Shown one piece after another: positions 29,637 through 40,919 of a DNA stretch of 64,000 bases (its first letter is position 1; every line of letters starts with the position of its first letter). The DNA is from an uncultured Flavobacteriaceae bacterium. GTDB lineage: Bacteria; Bacteroidota; Bacteroidia; Flavobacteriales; Flavobacteriaceae. The notes under the pieces were generated by a model that had not been told where the DNA came from, made no database searches, and saw only the letters and a program-made list of their open reading frames with translations. The stretch is taken from NCBI GenBank assembly GCA_943787365.1, contig CALSMD010000006.1, positions 11,984-75,983 on the forward strand, given 5' to 3'. The translations under genes and the position numbers were made by a program.

Positions 29637-30722
29637 TTAAATGTGTTGATCGCCAAATTTCTCCTTCACTCGTTCGCGTAATTGCTTAATGTCTTGTTCT
29701 TTAGTCTTTGGAAAGATAAGTAAAATTTCCTTTTCTTCTACCACTATAAAATCATCCAAACAGTCAAGGACAACTATTTTATTCGTGTCTGTTTTAACCA
29801 TATTACCAGAAGAGTTTTCTGCCAATAAACGAGTGTTAACTACCGCATTTTCTGTTGAGTTCTCAGAGATTTTATCATACAAACTTCCCCATGTGCCTAA
29901 ATCATTCCAGTCAAAAGTGGCGGGGATGACATAGACGTTTTCACTGGGTTCCATAATTGCATAATCTACAGAAATATTTTCTGCGTTCTTATAATTCTCA
30001 GACACAAAAGCAACTTCTCGATCGGTATTATAATCGTTTTGTCCTTTGGAAAAAAGCGAGTATAATTTCGGTTGATGCATTTCAAATGCTTTCAACACAC
30101 TGGCCGTGGACCAAATAAAAATCCCTCCATTCCAAAGAAAATTTCCCTGTTCCAAAAAACTTTTGGCGGTCTCGTAATTTGGTTTTTCACGAAACTGAAG
30201 GACTTTCTTTTCAGGGTTCTGATTTGCTTTGTCATATTCAATATACCCATAGCCAGTATTGGCAAAAGTGGGTTTTATTCCTAAGGTCATTAGCACCTCT
30301 GATTTTTCAGAAAAATCAAATGCATTTTGAAGGTTCGAAATAAATGCCGATTCGTCCTCAATCCAATGATCACTAGGTGCGACAACCATAACAGCTTCAG
30401 GATTTTGTTTATGAATTTTAAGCGATGCCATTAAAATACAAGGGGCTGTGTTTCGCATGGCAGGCTCTGCAATAATTTGATTTTTATTAGTTTGAGGCAA
30501 TTGTTCCAACACCAAATCGGAGTAGCGTTCATTGGTTAAAATCAATATATTTTCTTTTGGGATCAAGCTCTCTAAGCGTGAAACTGTCTTTTGTAAGAGG
30601 GTCTGCCCCGTTCCAAGCATATCGTGAAATTGCTTTGGAAACGATTCTTTACTTACTGGCCAAAACCGAGAGCCAACGCCACCGGCCATTATAATTGCAT
30701 AATAATTTTTGTTCATCTTCAT
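29637..30722 (-). CDS. Mannose-1-phosphate guanylyltransferase
   Basis: MAGGVGSRFWP, RNTAP, PSDH, FREKP, WNDLGTW. Confidence 0.93.
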   Translation of the reverse strand: MKMNKNYYAIIMAGGVGSRFWPVSKESFPKQFHDMLGTGQTLLQKTVSRLESLIPKENILILTNERYSDLVLEQLPQTNKNQIIAEPAMRNTAPCILMASLKIHKQNPEAVMVVAPSDHWIEDESAFISNLQNAFDFSEKSEVLMTLGIKPTFANTGYGYIEYDKANQNPEKKVLQFREKPNYETAKSFLEQGNFLWNGGIFIWSTASVLKAFEMHQPKLYSLFSKGQNDYNTDREVAFVSENYKNAENISVDYAIMEPSENVYVIPATFDWNDLGTWGSLYDKISENSTENAVVNTRLLAENSSGNMVKTDTNKIVVLDCLDDFIVVEEKEILLIFPKTKEQDIKQLRERVKEKFGDQHI

Positions 30723-31322
30723 TTATTCAATAATAAGTTCAACTTCGGCATTGGGATTAAAAACATACAGTCGGCCTGAAGCCAGTTCTGTACATTCAAA
30801 ACGCGTTCGTCTTTTGGAACCTTTTCGGAACAGTTTTCCATTATACAATCGAAACGTAGCGCCTTCAGGCACCTCAAAGATAAATGTTTTTCCGTTAGGG
30901 GCGTCGTATTGCTTGAGTTTCAAGGCTAAAACGGGATCTGAGTCGCTACTTGCTTTTGGATTTTTGAAATGCATTGCCAATAGAGGCAATACATCATTTG
31001 GAAAAATTTCGGGACGTATAAAGGGCAGCATGAGGTGCTGAAAAACTGATTTCCATTCAAGTCCATGTGGCTTGATCATCTTTCCATAAGTTTTATAGGC
31101 TTCAAAATGCGCGATTTCATGGATTAAGGTGATTAAAAACCGGTAGGTATTTAAATTGGAGTTGATTGTAATTTGATGTTTTCCATTTGGCAAACGTCGG
31201 TAATCCCCATGGCGTGTTTTGCGTTCTTTCTTAATTTTAACCACTAAGTTATCGTGTAACAATAATTGTGCTACTTGGTCATAAGCAGCCTTTGGAATAA
31301 AATCTTGTAAAGTATCAGCCAT
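30723..31322 (-). CDS. SprT-like zinc metalloprotease domain protein
   Basis: TLIHEIAH (HExxH) and PHGLEWK. Confidence 0.88.
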   Translation of the reverse strand: MADTLQDFIPKAAYDQVAQLLLHDNLVVKIKKERKTRHGDYRRLPNGKHQITINSNLNTYRFLITLIHEIAHFEAYKTYGKMIKPHGLEWKSVFQHLMLPFIRPEIFPNDVLPLLAMHFKNPKASSDSDPVLALKLKQYDAPNGKTFIFEVPEGATFRLYNGKLFRKGSKRRTRFECTELASGRLYVFNPNAEVELIIE

Positions 31323-31333
31323 AAGCCCTAAAA

Positions 31334-33112
31334 TTACATACGCTCAGGCACCTGAATTCCTAAGAGACTAAACGCATTTTTGATGGTTGTAGCAACGGCT
31401 TGTGAAAGCTGCACTCTAAATCTAATTTCGGAAGTGCTATCAGCACCCAAAATAGATACATTTTGATAAAAAGAGTTGAACTCCTTAACCAAATCATAGG
31501 CGTAATTTGCCACTAAAGCAGGGCTGTAATTGGAGGCAGCTTGTTGGATTACTTCTGGAAATAATTGCAATTGTTTGAGAAGTGATTTTTCTTTATCGTG
31601 CAATGCATATTCCAATAAAGGTTCATCTTTTGTTTCAACGGGTGATTTTCTTAAAATAGCTTGAATTCGCGCATAGGTGTATTGTATAAATGGCCCTGTA
31701 TTTCCCTGAAAGTCCACTGAGGCTTGGGGGTCAAATAAAATGCGTTTCTTTGGATCGACTTTCAAAATAAAATATTTTAATGCTCCCAAACCTATTGTGG
31801 TGTAGGTTTCCGCTTTTTCAAGTTCTGAATAGCCTTCAAGCTTTCCTAATTCTTGAGAGATCTCTTTGGCGGTAGATGCCATTTCAACGATTAAATCGTC
31901 TGCATCTACCACAGTTCCTTCGCGACTTTTCATCTTTCCACTCGGCAAATCAACCATGCCATAGCTTAGATGTGTCAAGTTTTTAGCCCAATCAAATCCT
32001 AATTTCTTTAGAATTAAAAACAAGACTTTAAAGTGATAATCTTGTTCATTTCCTACGGTATAAACCATTCCGCCTACATCCGGAAAATCTTTCAAACGCT
32101 GGATCGCAGTGCCAATATCCTGAGTCATATAAACGGCCGTTCCATCGGCTCTTAAAACAATTTTTTCGTCCAATCCATCGGATGTTAAATCACACCAAAC
32201 CGAACCGTCTTCTTTTTTAATAAAAACCCCTTTTTGGAGTCCCTCTTGAATAAATGATTTTCCTAATAAATAGGTTTGACTCTCATAATAGTAGCTATCA
32301 AAGTTTACTCCTAGTGCTTTATAGGTAACTTCAAACCCAGCATATACCCATGCATTCATTTGTTCCCAAAGTGACACCACAGCGGCATCTCCAGCTTCCC
32401 ATTTAAGAAGCATGTCTTGGGCTTCTAATAATATTGGAGCTTGCGCTTTGGCTTCTTCAGTAGAGAGCCCTTTTGCTTCTAACTCTTTGATTTCTTCTTT
32501 ATAAACTTGATCGAATTTTATATAGTAATTTCCAACTAGCTTATCCCCTTTCAATCCTGTAGATTCTGGGGTTTCATTGTTGCCGTAACGCTGCCATGCC
32601 AACATACTTTTACAAATATGAATACCACGGTCGTTGATAATTTGAGTTTTATAGACTTTTTTTCCAGATGCTTTCAAAATCTCAGACACACTGTAACCTA
32701 AAAGATTATTTCTAACGTGTCCTAAGTGGAGGGGTTTATTAGTGTTTGGAGAGGAATACTCAACCATTACTGCTTGATCATCTGAAGGACTTACAAACCC
32801 AAAGGTAGGGTTCGCACACACTGTTTGAAAGAATGTCATAAAATAAGCGTCTGAAAGAACGAGATTCAAAAATCCTTTGACCACATTATAACGAACGACT
32901 TCATCAACATGCTCTGATAAATAAGCCCCTAATTCTTCACCCAATTGGGCTGGGTTCATTTTTATGGTTCGTAGCATTGAAAAGGTTACCACTGTAATAT
33001 CGCCCTCAAAATCTTTGCGAGTTGCTTGAAATTCAACCGTTTCTAAAGGGGTATTGTAAAGCGTAACAAACGCTTGTTTTATATGTTGTGATAAGGATTC
33101 CTGAAGTGTCAT
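31334..33112 (-). CDS. argS: Arginine--tRNA ligase
   Basis: EYSSPNTNKPLHLGH (HIGH-like), KMKSREG, GPFIQYTYAR, C-terminal PERM. Confidence 0.97.
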   Translation of the reverse strand: MTLQESLSQHIKQAFVTLYNTPLETVEFQATRKDFEGDITVVTFSMLRTIKMNPAQLGEELGAYLSEHVDEVVRYNVVKGFLNLVLSDAYFMTFFQTVCANPTFGFVSPSDDQAVMVEYSSPNTNKPLHLGHVRNNLLGYSVSEILKASGKKVYKTQIINDRGIHICKSMLAWQRYGNNETPESTGLKGDKLVGNYYIKFDQVYKEEIKELEAKGLSTEEAKAQAPILLEAQDMLLKWEAGDAAVVSLWEQMNAWVYAGFEVTYKALGVNFDSYYYESQTYLLGKSFIQEGLQKGVFIKKEDGSVWCDLTSDGLDEKIVLRADGTAVYMTQDIGTAIQRLKDFPDVGGMVYTVGNEQDYHFKVLFLILKKLGFDWAKNLTHLSYGMVDLPSGKMKSREGTVVDADDLIVEMASTAKEISQELGKLEGYSELEKAETYTTIGLGALKYFILKVDPKKRILFDPQASVDFQGNTGPFIQYTYARIQAILRKSPVETKDEPLLEYALHDKEKSLLKQLQLFPEVIQQAASNYSPALVANYAYDLVKEFNSFYQNVSILGADSTSEIRFRVQLSQAVATTIKNAFSLLGIQVPERM

Positions 33113-33132
33113 TGTACATCTGATTTCGGTTA

Positions 33133-33140
33133 CAAATATA
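33133..33140 (-). promoter_or_regulatory. -7 promoter element for argS
   Basis: TATATTTG on the minus strand 20 nt upstream of the start. Confidence 0.6.
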
Positions 33141-33154
33141 CATCTTTTTTAATC

Positions 33155-34096
33155 CTAATTTGAGGCTGTTTTGGGTAAAAACACTTCCGCCATCATGCAA
33201 CGTGCACTCCCTCCTCCACACGTTTCTATTGTATCTAAAGGACTTGATAGGATTGTTGCATGTGCTTCTAACAACTGTACTTGAGAGGGTCGTAACGAAT
33301 CCAAAGCTGACTGACTCATTACCAAATAGCTACGATTATCTGTGCCTTTAAGCTGTAGCATATTTCCTGCAAAATTATTCACTTGATCTTCTGATATTTC
33401 GATTATTTTTTTTCCATCTTGATGAAGGTGTTTAAGAAGATTTTTTCGTTCTTTTTTGTCGTCGATACTTGCCAAACAAACCACTGCAAAAGTGGTGCCT
33501 AAACACATCATTACATTGGTATGGTAGATGAGTTCGCGCTTGTCATTGACGGTTTGATAGGCTGAAAACACTACTGGAGTGTATTCAAAATCTTCACAAA
33601 ATTCAATAAACAATTCTTCATCGGCTCTTGCCGAAAGTGCACAATAGGCCTTGTGATTTTCGCGATCCAACAAAATACTTCCTGTCCCTTCTAAATAAAA
33701 ACCATCCGTTTCTGCTTCCGTATAATCAACGACTGTTTCTATCACAAATCCTTCTGCTTCTACAGCTTCTAGGATCGAATCCTTACGTTCAAGGCGACGG
33801 TTTTTGGCAAACATAGGATATAAACCAATCGTACCGTTTTTATGAAATGAAATCCAATTATTAGGAAAAATTGAGTCTGGCGTATCAAATTCTTTGGTGT
33901 CTTGTACCACAATCACCTGAATGTTTGCATTTCTAAGTTTTTCGACCATACTGTCAAATTCTTGCGTGGCTTTTGCATTCACTGTTTCAGGTAGGGTATC
34001 TGAATTTTTTTGGTAAAAATTATTCACCGCTGTTTGTTCGTTCATACGAAATTGAACAGGGCGAATCATTAAGACTGTATTGGTGATGTGTGACAT
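33155..34096 (-). CDS. Amidinotransferase-fold hydrolase, CtlX (citrulline utilization)-like
   Basis: LMIRPVQF, PDSIFPNNW, LEGTGS, YHTNVMM, GGGSARCM. Confidence 0.8.
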   Translation of the reverse strand: MSHITNTVLMIRPVQFRMNEQTAVNNFYQKNSDTLPETVNAKATQEFDSMVEKLRNANIQVIVVQDTKEFDTPDSIFPNNWISFHKNGTIGLYPMFAKNRRLERKDSILEAVEAEGFVIETVVDYTEAETDGFYLEGTGSILLDRENHKAYCALSARADEELFIEFCEDFEYTPVVFSAYQTVNDKRELIYHTNVMMCLGTTFAVVCLASIDDKKERKNLLKHLHQDGKKIIEISEDQVNNFAGNMLQLKGTDNRSYLVMSQSALDSLRPSQVQLLEAHATILSSPLDTIETCGGGSARCMMAEVFLPKTASN

Positions 34097-34097
34097 T

Positions 34098-35012
34098 TTA
34101 GTTTCGGATTAAGGGAAGGGTTGAACAGCGAAGTAAACCGCCTTGCTTAGATATTTCGGCATAGGGCACTTTCTCAACTGTATATCCTTGTGCAGTAAGC
34201 CACGTATTTAAGCGTGTAAAATTTTGTTCGGAGATCACAACATCTTTTGAAATAGAGAATACATTGCAATTCATTTGAGACATTTCTTTAGGCGTGACTA
34301 CAAAAACATTGTCTGTTCCAAAAAAATCAAGCAACCATTTGAAGTCGGATTTATTTAAAAATCCTTGATCATGAATCAAAGCTTTTCCATTTCCTAAGGG
34401 TTGAAAACAACAATCTAAATGCAGTGCATTTTCAAGTGGATTTGAGTTTGATTTACGAAGCTCAAAAGTTTTAACCTTTTTATGTGGGAACAATTTCTGA
34501 ATTGCTTCCGCTGCCTGAAGGTTTGTTCGAGCTGTAATATAATCGGCATAATCAGTCCCAGAATAGATTCCAATAAATATATAGTCGTTACACAAAATAA
34601 CATCACCACCTTCGACATGACACGCTTCGGGTAGTTCTATAATATCGTCTGGATTGATTTTTTGCAGAAGGGCTTCTAATGCATGATATTCTTTAGCACG
34701 ATCGGGAAGTATATTGGATTTAATAAATTTGTCATCAATTACAAAGGCAATATCCCGTGCAAATATTTGATTGCAATTTTCAATGGTACTAGGTCGAAAA
34801 ACTTCGACCTCATATTTTTGAAATACAGCCATTACGGCCAACATTTCACGTTGCATATCTGCTTCGGTCGGATAGGTGCCCGATAGCACATGAGATAAGC
34901 TACTGGGATCATAACAATTTTCTATGGAGGGGATAGGACCATTGGTTTGGGCTGTTCCAAAAAGAACGGATTTCAAACGTGCATACTCGTTATTTACATG
35001 AAGTTTTAGCAT
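34098..35012 (-). CDS. Arginine deiminase/dimethylarginine dimethylaminohydrolase family protein
   Basis: QIFARD, EGGD, LHLDC, GGLLRC pentein catalytic motifs. Confidence 0.85.
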   Translation of the reverse strand: MLKLHVNNEYARLKSVLFGTAQTNGPIPSIENCYDPSSLSHVLSGTYPTEADMQREMLAVMAVFQKYEVEVFRPSTIENCNQIFARDIAFVIDDKFIKSNILPDRAKEYHALEALLQKINPDDIIELPEACHVEGGDVILCNDYIFIGIYSGTDYADYITARTNLQAAEAIQKLFPHKKVKTFELRKSNSNPLENALHLDCCFQPLGNGKALIHDQGFLNKSDFKWLLDFFGTDNVFVVTPKEMSQMNCNVFSISKDVVISEQNFTRLNTWLTAQGYTVEKVPYAEISKQGGLLRCSTLPLIRN

Positions 35013-35036
35013 GTTATATAATCCTTTAGCAAGGGT

Positions 35037-36320
35037 TTATTTAGCAACAGATTTGAACGAACGAGAAGTACTTCCTGTATAAATCTGACGCGGTCGGCCA
35101 ATTGGTTCTTTACGTAAACGCATTTCGCGCCATTGACCAATCCAACCTGGAAGGCGTCCTAAAGCAAACATTACGGTAAACATTTCTACAGGGATCCCCA
35201 TTGCACGATAGATAATTCCAGAATAAAAATCGACGTTAGGGTATAGTTTTCTATCCACAAAATAAGGGTCTGTTAGCGCTTCTTGTTCAAGTGCTTTGGC
35301 GATATCTAAAATAGGATCTTCTACTCCTAAATCATTTAAGACTTCATCGGCGGTTACTTTTATGATTTTGGCACGAGGATCAAAATTTTTATAAACTCTA
35401 TGTCCAAAGCCCATTAATCTGAAAGGATCGCTTTTATCTTTAGCTTTTGACATGTATTTTTTTGTATCACCATCATCTTCTTTAATAGCTTCCAACATTT
35501 CTAATACTGCTTGATTTGCACCACCATGAAGAGGACCCCAGAGCGCGGAAATTCCTGCAGAAATCGAGGCAAATAAACCTGCATGTGAAGATCCAACGAT
35601 TCGAACGGTAGAGGTCGAACAGTTTTGCTCGTGATCGGCATGAAGGATGAGTAGTTTATTTAACGCATTCACCAATATTTCATTCTGAACGTAGTCTTCA
35701 TTTGGTTGCTTAAACATCATTTTTAAGACGTTTTCTATATAGCCTAAAGAATTGTCTCCATAGTCTAGTGGCAGCCCTTGTTTTTTACGCATGGCCCAAG
35801 CCACTAACACAGGGAATTTACCTAAAATTCTAACAAAGGACTTATACATATCTTCTTCAGAATCCACATTCACAGAGGATGGATTAAACGCTGTGAGTGC
35901 ACTCGTTAGTGAGGACAATACTCCCATTGGGTGTGCCGATTTTGGAAATGCATCAATTATTTTTCTGATGTCATCATCTACAATCGATTCAGATTTGATG
36001 TCGGCATGAAATTTATCCAACGCTTCTTTGGTTGGTAGTTCTCCAAAAATCAATAAATAAGCGACTTCTAGGAAGTCCGCTTTATGAGCCAATTCTTCAA
36101 TTGAATAGCCTCTGTATCTAAGAATCCCTTTTTCTCCGTCCAAAAATGTAATTTCACTAGCACAAGAGCCCGTATTTTTAAATCCAGGATCAATGGTTGT
36201 CACTCCACCAGTAACAGCTCTTAAAGTGCTAATATCAATAGCGACTTCATTTTCAGACCCTATAAATGTTGGGAATTCATGTTTTTGACCGTTTACTTCT
36301 AAGATTGCTTTATTTGACAT
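35037..36320 (-). CDS. gltA: Citrate synthase
   Basis: LHADHEQNCST, GPLHGGAN, GFGHRVY, YPNVDFYSG. Confidence 0.97.
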   Translation of the reverse strand: MSNKAILEVNGQKHEFPTFIGSENEVAIDISTLRAVTGGVTTIDPGFKNTGSCASEITFLDGEKGILRYRGYSIEELAHKADFLEVAYLLIFGELPTKEALDKFHADIKSESIVDDDIRKIIDAFPKSAHPMGVLSSLTSALTAFNPSSVNVDSEEDMYKSFVRILGKFPVLVAWAMRKKQGLPLDYGDNSLGYIENVLKMMFKQPNEDYVQNEILVNALNKLLILHADHEQNCSTSTVRIVGSSHAGLFASISAGISALWGPLHGGANQAVLEMLEAIKEDDGDTKKYMSKAKDKSDPFRLMGFGHRVYKNFDPRAKIIKVTADEVLNDLGVEDPILDIAKALEQEALTDPYFVDRKLYPNVDFYSGIIYRAMGIPVEMFTVMFALGRLPGWIGQWREMRLRKEPIGRPRQIYTGSTSRSFKSVAK

Positions 36321-36482
36321 TTATTGGGATCTTTAATTTTTGCTTATATAATAGGCAACGAATTTACGAAAAAAAAATGTTTTATTAATGAGGCTAAGAG
36401 AGAAAGTGTAGGTCTAAGTTTGTTTTATAAATCCTATATTTTAATATCTATCTGCTAGACTAGAGCTTTTATAAAACGGCAT

Positions 36483-36514
36483 AAAAAAAGACTGCCTTTT
36501 CGGGCAGCCTTTTT
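36483..36514 (-). terminator. Rho-independent terminator after eno
   Basis: aaaaaaagactgcc-tttt-cgggcagccttttt GC stem with flanking A/T tracts. Confidence 0.75.
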
Positions 36515-36533
36515 CTCTCTACAAAAGAAATAC

Positions 36534-37841
<1,308 letters not shown>

Positions 37842-37855
37842 TTATTTATAGATTA

Positions 37856-37863
37856 CAAATTTA
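37856..37863 (-). promoter_or_regulatory. -7 promoter element for eno
   Basis: TAAATTTG on the minus strand. Confidence 0.65.
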
Positions 37864-38034
37864 CGAAAATGAATTTTTTTAGAATTATTCTCGAGTAAAT
37901 TTATGCAAATTATTAGCTAAAACGTTGTAGTAAGTATAAATGACGTTTGTGTTTCGTCATTCCGTTGGGTGATACTACTTTAGAGTGTTTAATTCAAGAT
38001 AAAATAAACACTAAGCTAATAAATGTAACACTTG

Positions 38035-38060
38035 AGATGCTGAAACCCGTTCATCATGAC
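38035..38060. repeat. Possible degenerate REP-like palindromic element
   Basis: Minus strand GTCATGATGAACGGGTTTCAGCATCT, an imperfect hairpin resembling (from memory) GTCATGCTGAACTTGTTTCAGCATCT repeats of Flavobacteriaceae; single copy in this window. Confidence 0.45.
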
Positions 38061-38105
38061 AAATTAAGGGTGAGGCGATGATTAGGTGCGAGAGCTTTTT
38101 GAAAT

Positions 38106-39203
38106 TTATTTTAAATTTTCAATGAATTGATCAAACAAATACGATGAATCGTGGGGTCCTGGACTGGCTTCGGGGTGGTATTGTACCGAAAAACAGTTTT
38201 TAGACTTCATTGCTATTCCTGCAACAGTATCGTCATTCAAATGTAAATGTGTTACTTCTAAATCCGAGTGGGCTTCTGCTTCTTCTCTATTGACTGCAAA
38301 CCCATGGTTTTGAGAGGTGATTTCTCCTTTGCCTGTTACTAAATTCTTAACAGGGTGATTGATTCCTCTGTGTCCATTATGCATTTTATATGTAGAAACG
38401 CCATTTGCCAAAGCAATAACTTGGTGTCCGAGACAGATTCCGAATAATGGTAAGTTTTTTTCAATGATGGTTTTTGCCAAGGCTTGTGCTTCTACTAAGG
38501 GTTCTGGATCTCCAGGACCATTAGATAAGAAATAGCCATCTGGATTCCATGCACTCAGTTCCTCAAAACTAGAGTTAAATGGAAATACTTTTATATAAAC
38601 ATCGCGATCAGCAAAGTTTCGTAAAATATTTTTTTTGACGCCGATATCGAGTGTTGCTATCTTGTAGGTTGCATTTTCATCTCCAAAGTAATAAGGTTCT
38701 TTTGTGGATACTTTAGAGGCGAGTTCCAATCCTTCCATTTGTGGAATTTCAGAAAGTTGTTTTTTAAGACCTTCAATGTCATCTATTTCTGTAGAAATAA
38801 CAGCATTCATGGCACCATTTTCGCGAATATAACTAACAAGGGCTCTTGTATCCACATCGGAAATTGCAAATAAATCATGTGCATCTAAAAAATCAACTAG
38901 CGATCCACTCGCATCAACACGAGAATAGTTGTAACTAAAGTTTTTGCAAATGAGTCCGGAAATTTTGATGGAATCCGATTCCATTTCTGTTTGATTTACG
39001 CCGTAGTTTCCAATATGAGGATTGGTAGTCACCATGAGTTGACCAAAATAAGAAGGGTCGGTAAAAATTTCTTGATAGCCTGTCATGCCTGTATTAAAGC
39101 ATACTTCTCCATAAGCAGTCCCTTCTTTACCTATTGCTTTTCCATAAAAAATTGTTCCATCAGCAAGAAGTAAGATAGCTTTTTTTCGTGTTGTGTATTT
39201 CAT
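38106..39203 (-). CDS. carA: Carbamoyl-phosphate synthase small subunit
   Basis: FNTGMTGYQE, SNGPGDP, GICLGHQ, QYHPEASPGP. Confidence 0.97.
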   Translation of the reverse strand: MKYTTRKKAILLLADGTIFYGKAIGKEGTAYGEVCFNTGMTGYQEIFTDPSYFGQLMVTTNPHIGNYGVNQTEMESDSIKISGLICKNFSYNYSRVDASGSLVDFLDAHDLFAISDVDTRALVSYIRENGAMNAVISTEIDDIEGLKKQLSEIPQMEGLELASKVSTKEPYYFGDENATYKIATLDIGVKKNILRNFADRDVYIKVFPFNSSFEELSAWNPDGYFLSNGPGDPEPLVEAQALAKTIIEKNLPLFGICLGHQVIALANGVSTYKMHNGHRGINHPVKNLVTGKGEITSQNHGFAVNREEAEAHSDLEVTHLHLNDDTVAGIAMKSKNCFSVQYHPEASPGPHDSSYLFDQFIENLK

Positions 39204-39240
39204 TATTATTGAAGTCTTATTAACTTATACAAAATTGCAT

Positions 39241-39272
39241 AAAAAAAGGATAAACTAAAAAAGTTTATCCTT
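39241..39272 (-). terminator. Terminator ending the ribosomal superoperon after rplQ
   Basis: aaggataaact-aaaa-agtttatcctt inverted repeat with a U-tract on the minus strand. Confidence 0.75.
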
Positions 39273-39296
39273 AAAATTTTAAATGCTTATTAACAT

Positions 39297-39770
39297 TTAT
39301 TCTTCTTCTGTAGTTGCGGTAGTTTCAACAGCAGCTACAGCTTTTGCAGCACCTCCTCTACGACTTCTACGAGTGGTCTTTTTCTTAGGTTGTTTGTCGG
39401 CATTGTAAATTTCATTGAAATCTACTAATTCGATCATTGCCATGTCCGCGTTATCACCAAGACGATTTCCTAGTTTGATAATTCGAGTATAACCTCCTGG
39501 ACGGTCTCCAACTTTAGTTGCGACTCCACCAAATAATTCAGCGATCGCTTCTTTTTGTCTTAATCTACTGAATACAATACGTCTGTTGTGAGTTGTATCT
39601 ACTTTAGATTTTGTAATTAAAGGCTCAACAAATTGCTTTAAGGCTTTTGCTTTTGCAACCGTTGTATTGATCCGCTTATGTTCGATTAAAGAACATGCCA
39701 TGTTTGCTAACATTGACTTTCTGTGGGCGGTTTTTCTACCTAAATGATTTATTTTTTTTCCGTGTCTCAT
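39297..39770 (-). CDS. rplQ: 50S ribosomal protein L17
   Basis: [22 protein letters not shown]; Bacteroidota-type C-terminal extension. Confidence 0.97.
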   Translation of the reverse strand: MRHGKKINHLGRKTAHRKSMLANMACSLIEHKRINTTVAKAKALKQFVEPLITKSKVDTTHNRRIVFSRLRQKEAIAELFGGVATKVGDRPGGYTRIIKLGNRLGDNADMAMIELVDFNEIYNADKQPKKKTTRRSRRGGAAKAVAAVETTATTEEE

Positions 39771-39831
39771 GACATTCTATTTAAACTTTATCTTGCATCA
39801 ACTCATTTAAGAGGCGCAAATTATAAAGTAA

Positions 39832-40824
39832 TTAATCTTTATCTAATTTGTATTTACTCAAATCCATTCCGAAGCTAAGGCCTTTTACATTGACTAACTC
39901 TTCAAGTTCAGTTAATGATTTTTTACCAAAGTTTCTAAACTTCATTAAATCGTTTTTATTGAAAGATACTAAGTCACCTAAAGTATCAACTTCTGCAGCT
40001 TTCAAACAATTAAGTGCACGAACTGAAAGATCCATGTCAATTAATTTAGTTTTAAGCAACTGACGCATGTGAAGAGATTCTTCATCATAAGTTTCAGTTT
40101 GTGCAATCTCATCTGCCTCTAAAGTGATACGCTCATCCGAGAATAACATGAAGTGGTGGATTAAGATTTTAGCGGCTTGTGTTAAGGCATCTTGAGGGTT
40201 GATAGAACCGTCTGTCTGGATTTCGAAAATTAATTTTTCGTAATCTGTTTTTTGTTCTACACGAAAGTTCTCAACGCTGTATTTAACATTTTTGATTGGT
40301 GTGTAGATAGAATCTGTAAAGATTGTTCCTACAGCAGCAGCAGCTTTTTTGTTTTCTTCAGCAGGCACATATCCACGTCCTTTTTCTAAAGTCAATTCCA
40401 TATTAATGGTTACTTTAGGATCTAAGTTACAGATTACTAAATCTGAATTTAAAACTTGGAATCCGGAGATAAATTTCTGAAAATCTCCTGCAGTGATTTT
40501 ATCTTGTCCAGAAATTGATATTGAAACAGACTCATTGTCCACTTCATCAATTTGTCGCTTGAAACGTACTTGTTTCAAGTTAAGAATAATTTCTGTAACG
40601 TCTTCTACAACGCCAGGAATGGTAGAAAACTCATGTTCTACACTGTCCATTTTTACTGAAGTAATTGCAAAACCTTCTAATGAAGATAATAACACTCTAC
40701 GTAAAGCATTTCCAACTGTTAATCCATATCCTGGTTCTAGAGGTCTGAATTCGAATTTACCTTCGAAATCAGTAGAATCAATCATGATTACTTTGTCGGG
40801 TTTCTGAAAATTTAATATTGCCAT
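39832..40824 (-). CDS. rpoA: RNA polymerase alpha subunit
   Basis: [37 protein letters not shown]. Confidence 0.98.
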   Translation of the reverse strand: MAILNFQKPDKVIMIDSTDFEGKFEFRPLEPGYGLTVGNALRRVLLSSLEGFAITSVKMDSVEHEFSTIPGVVEDVTEIILNLKQVRFKRQIDEVDNESVSISISGQDKITAGDFQKFISGFQVLNSDLVICNLDPKVTINMELTLEKGRGYVPAEENKKAAAAVGTIFTDSIYTPIKNVKYSVENFRVEQKTDYEKLIFEIQTDGSINPQDALTQAAKILIHHFMLFSDERITLEADEIAQTETYDEESLHMRQLLKTKLIDMDLSVRALNCLKAAEVDTLGDLVSFNKNDLMKFRNFGKKSLTELEELVNVKGLSFGMDLSKYKLDKD

Positions 40825-40919
40825 AATTGTCTTCGTTTTAATTGTTAGATAGTTGCGCGATTTACAAGTTTGAAGACCACTAATAAATCCTTTGGCTAAA
40901 TACCAATATGATTAATTTA

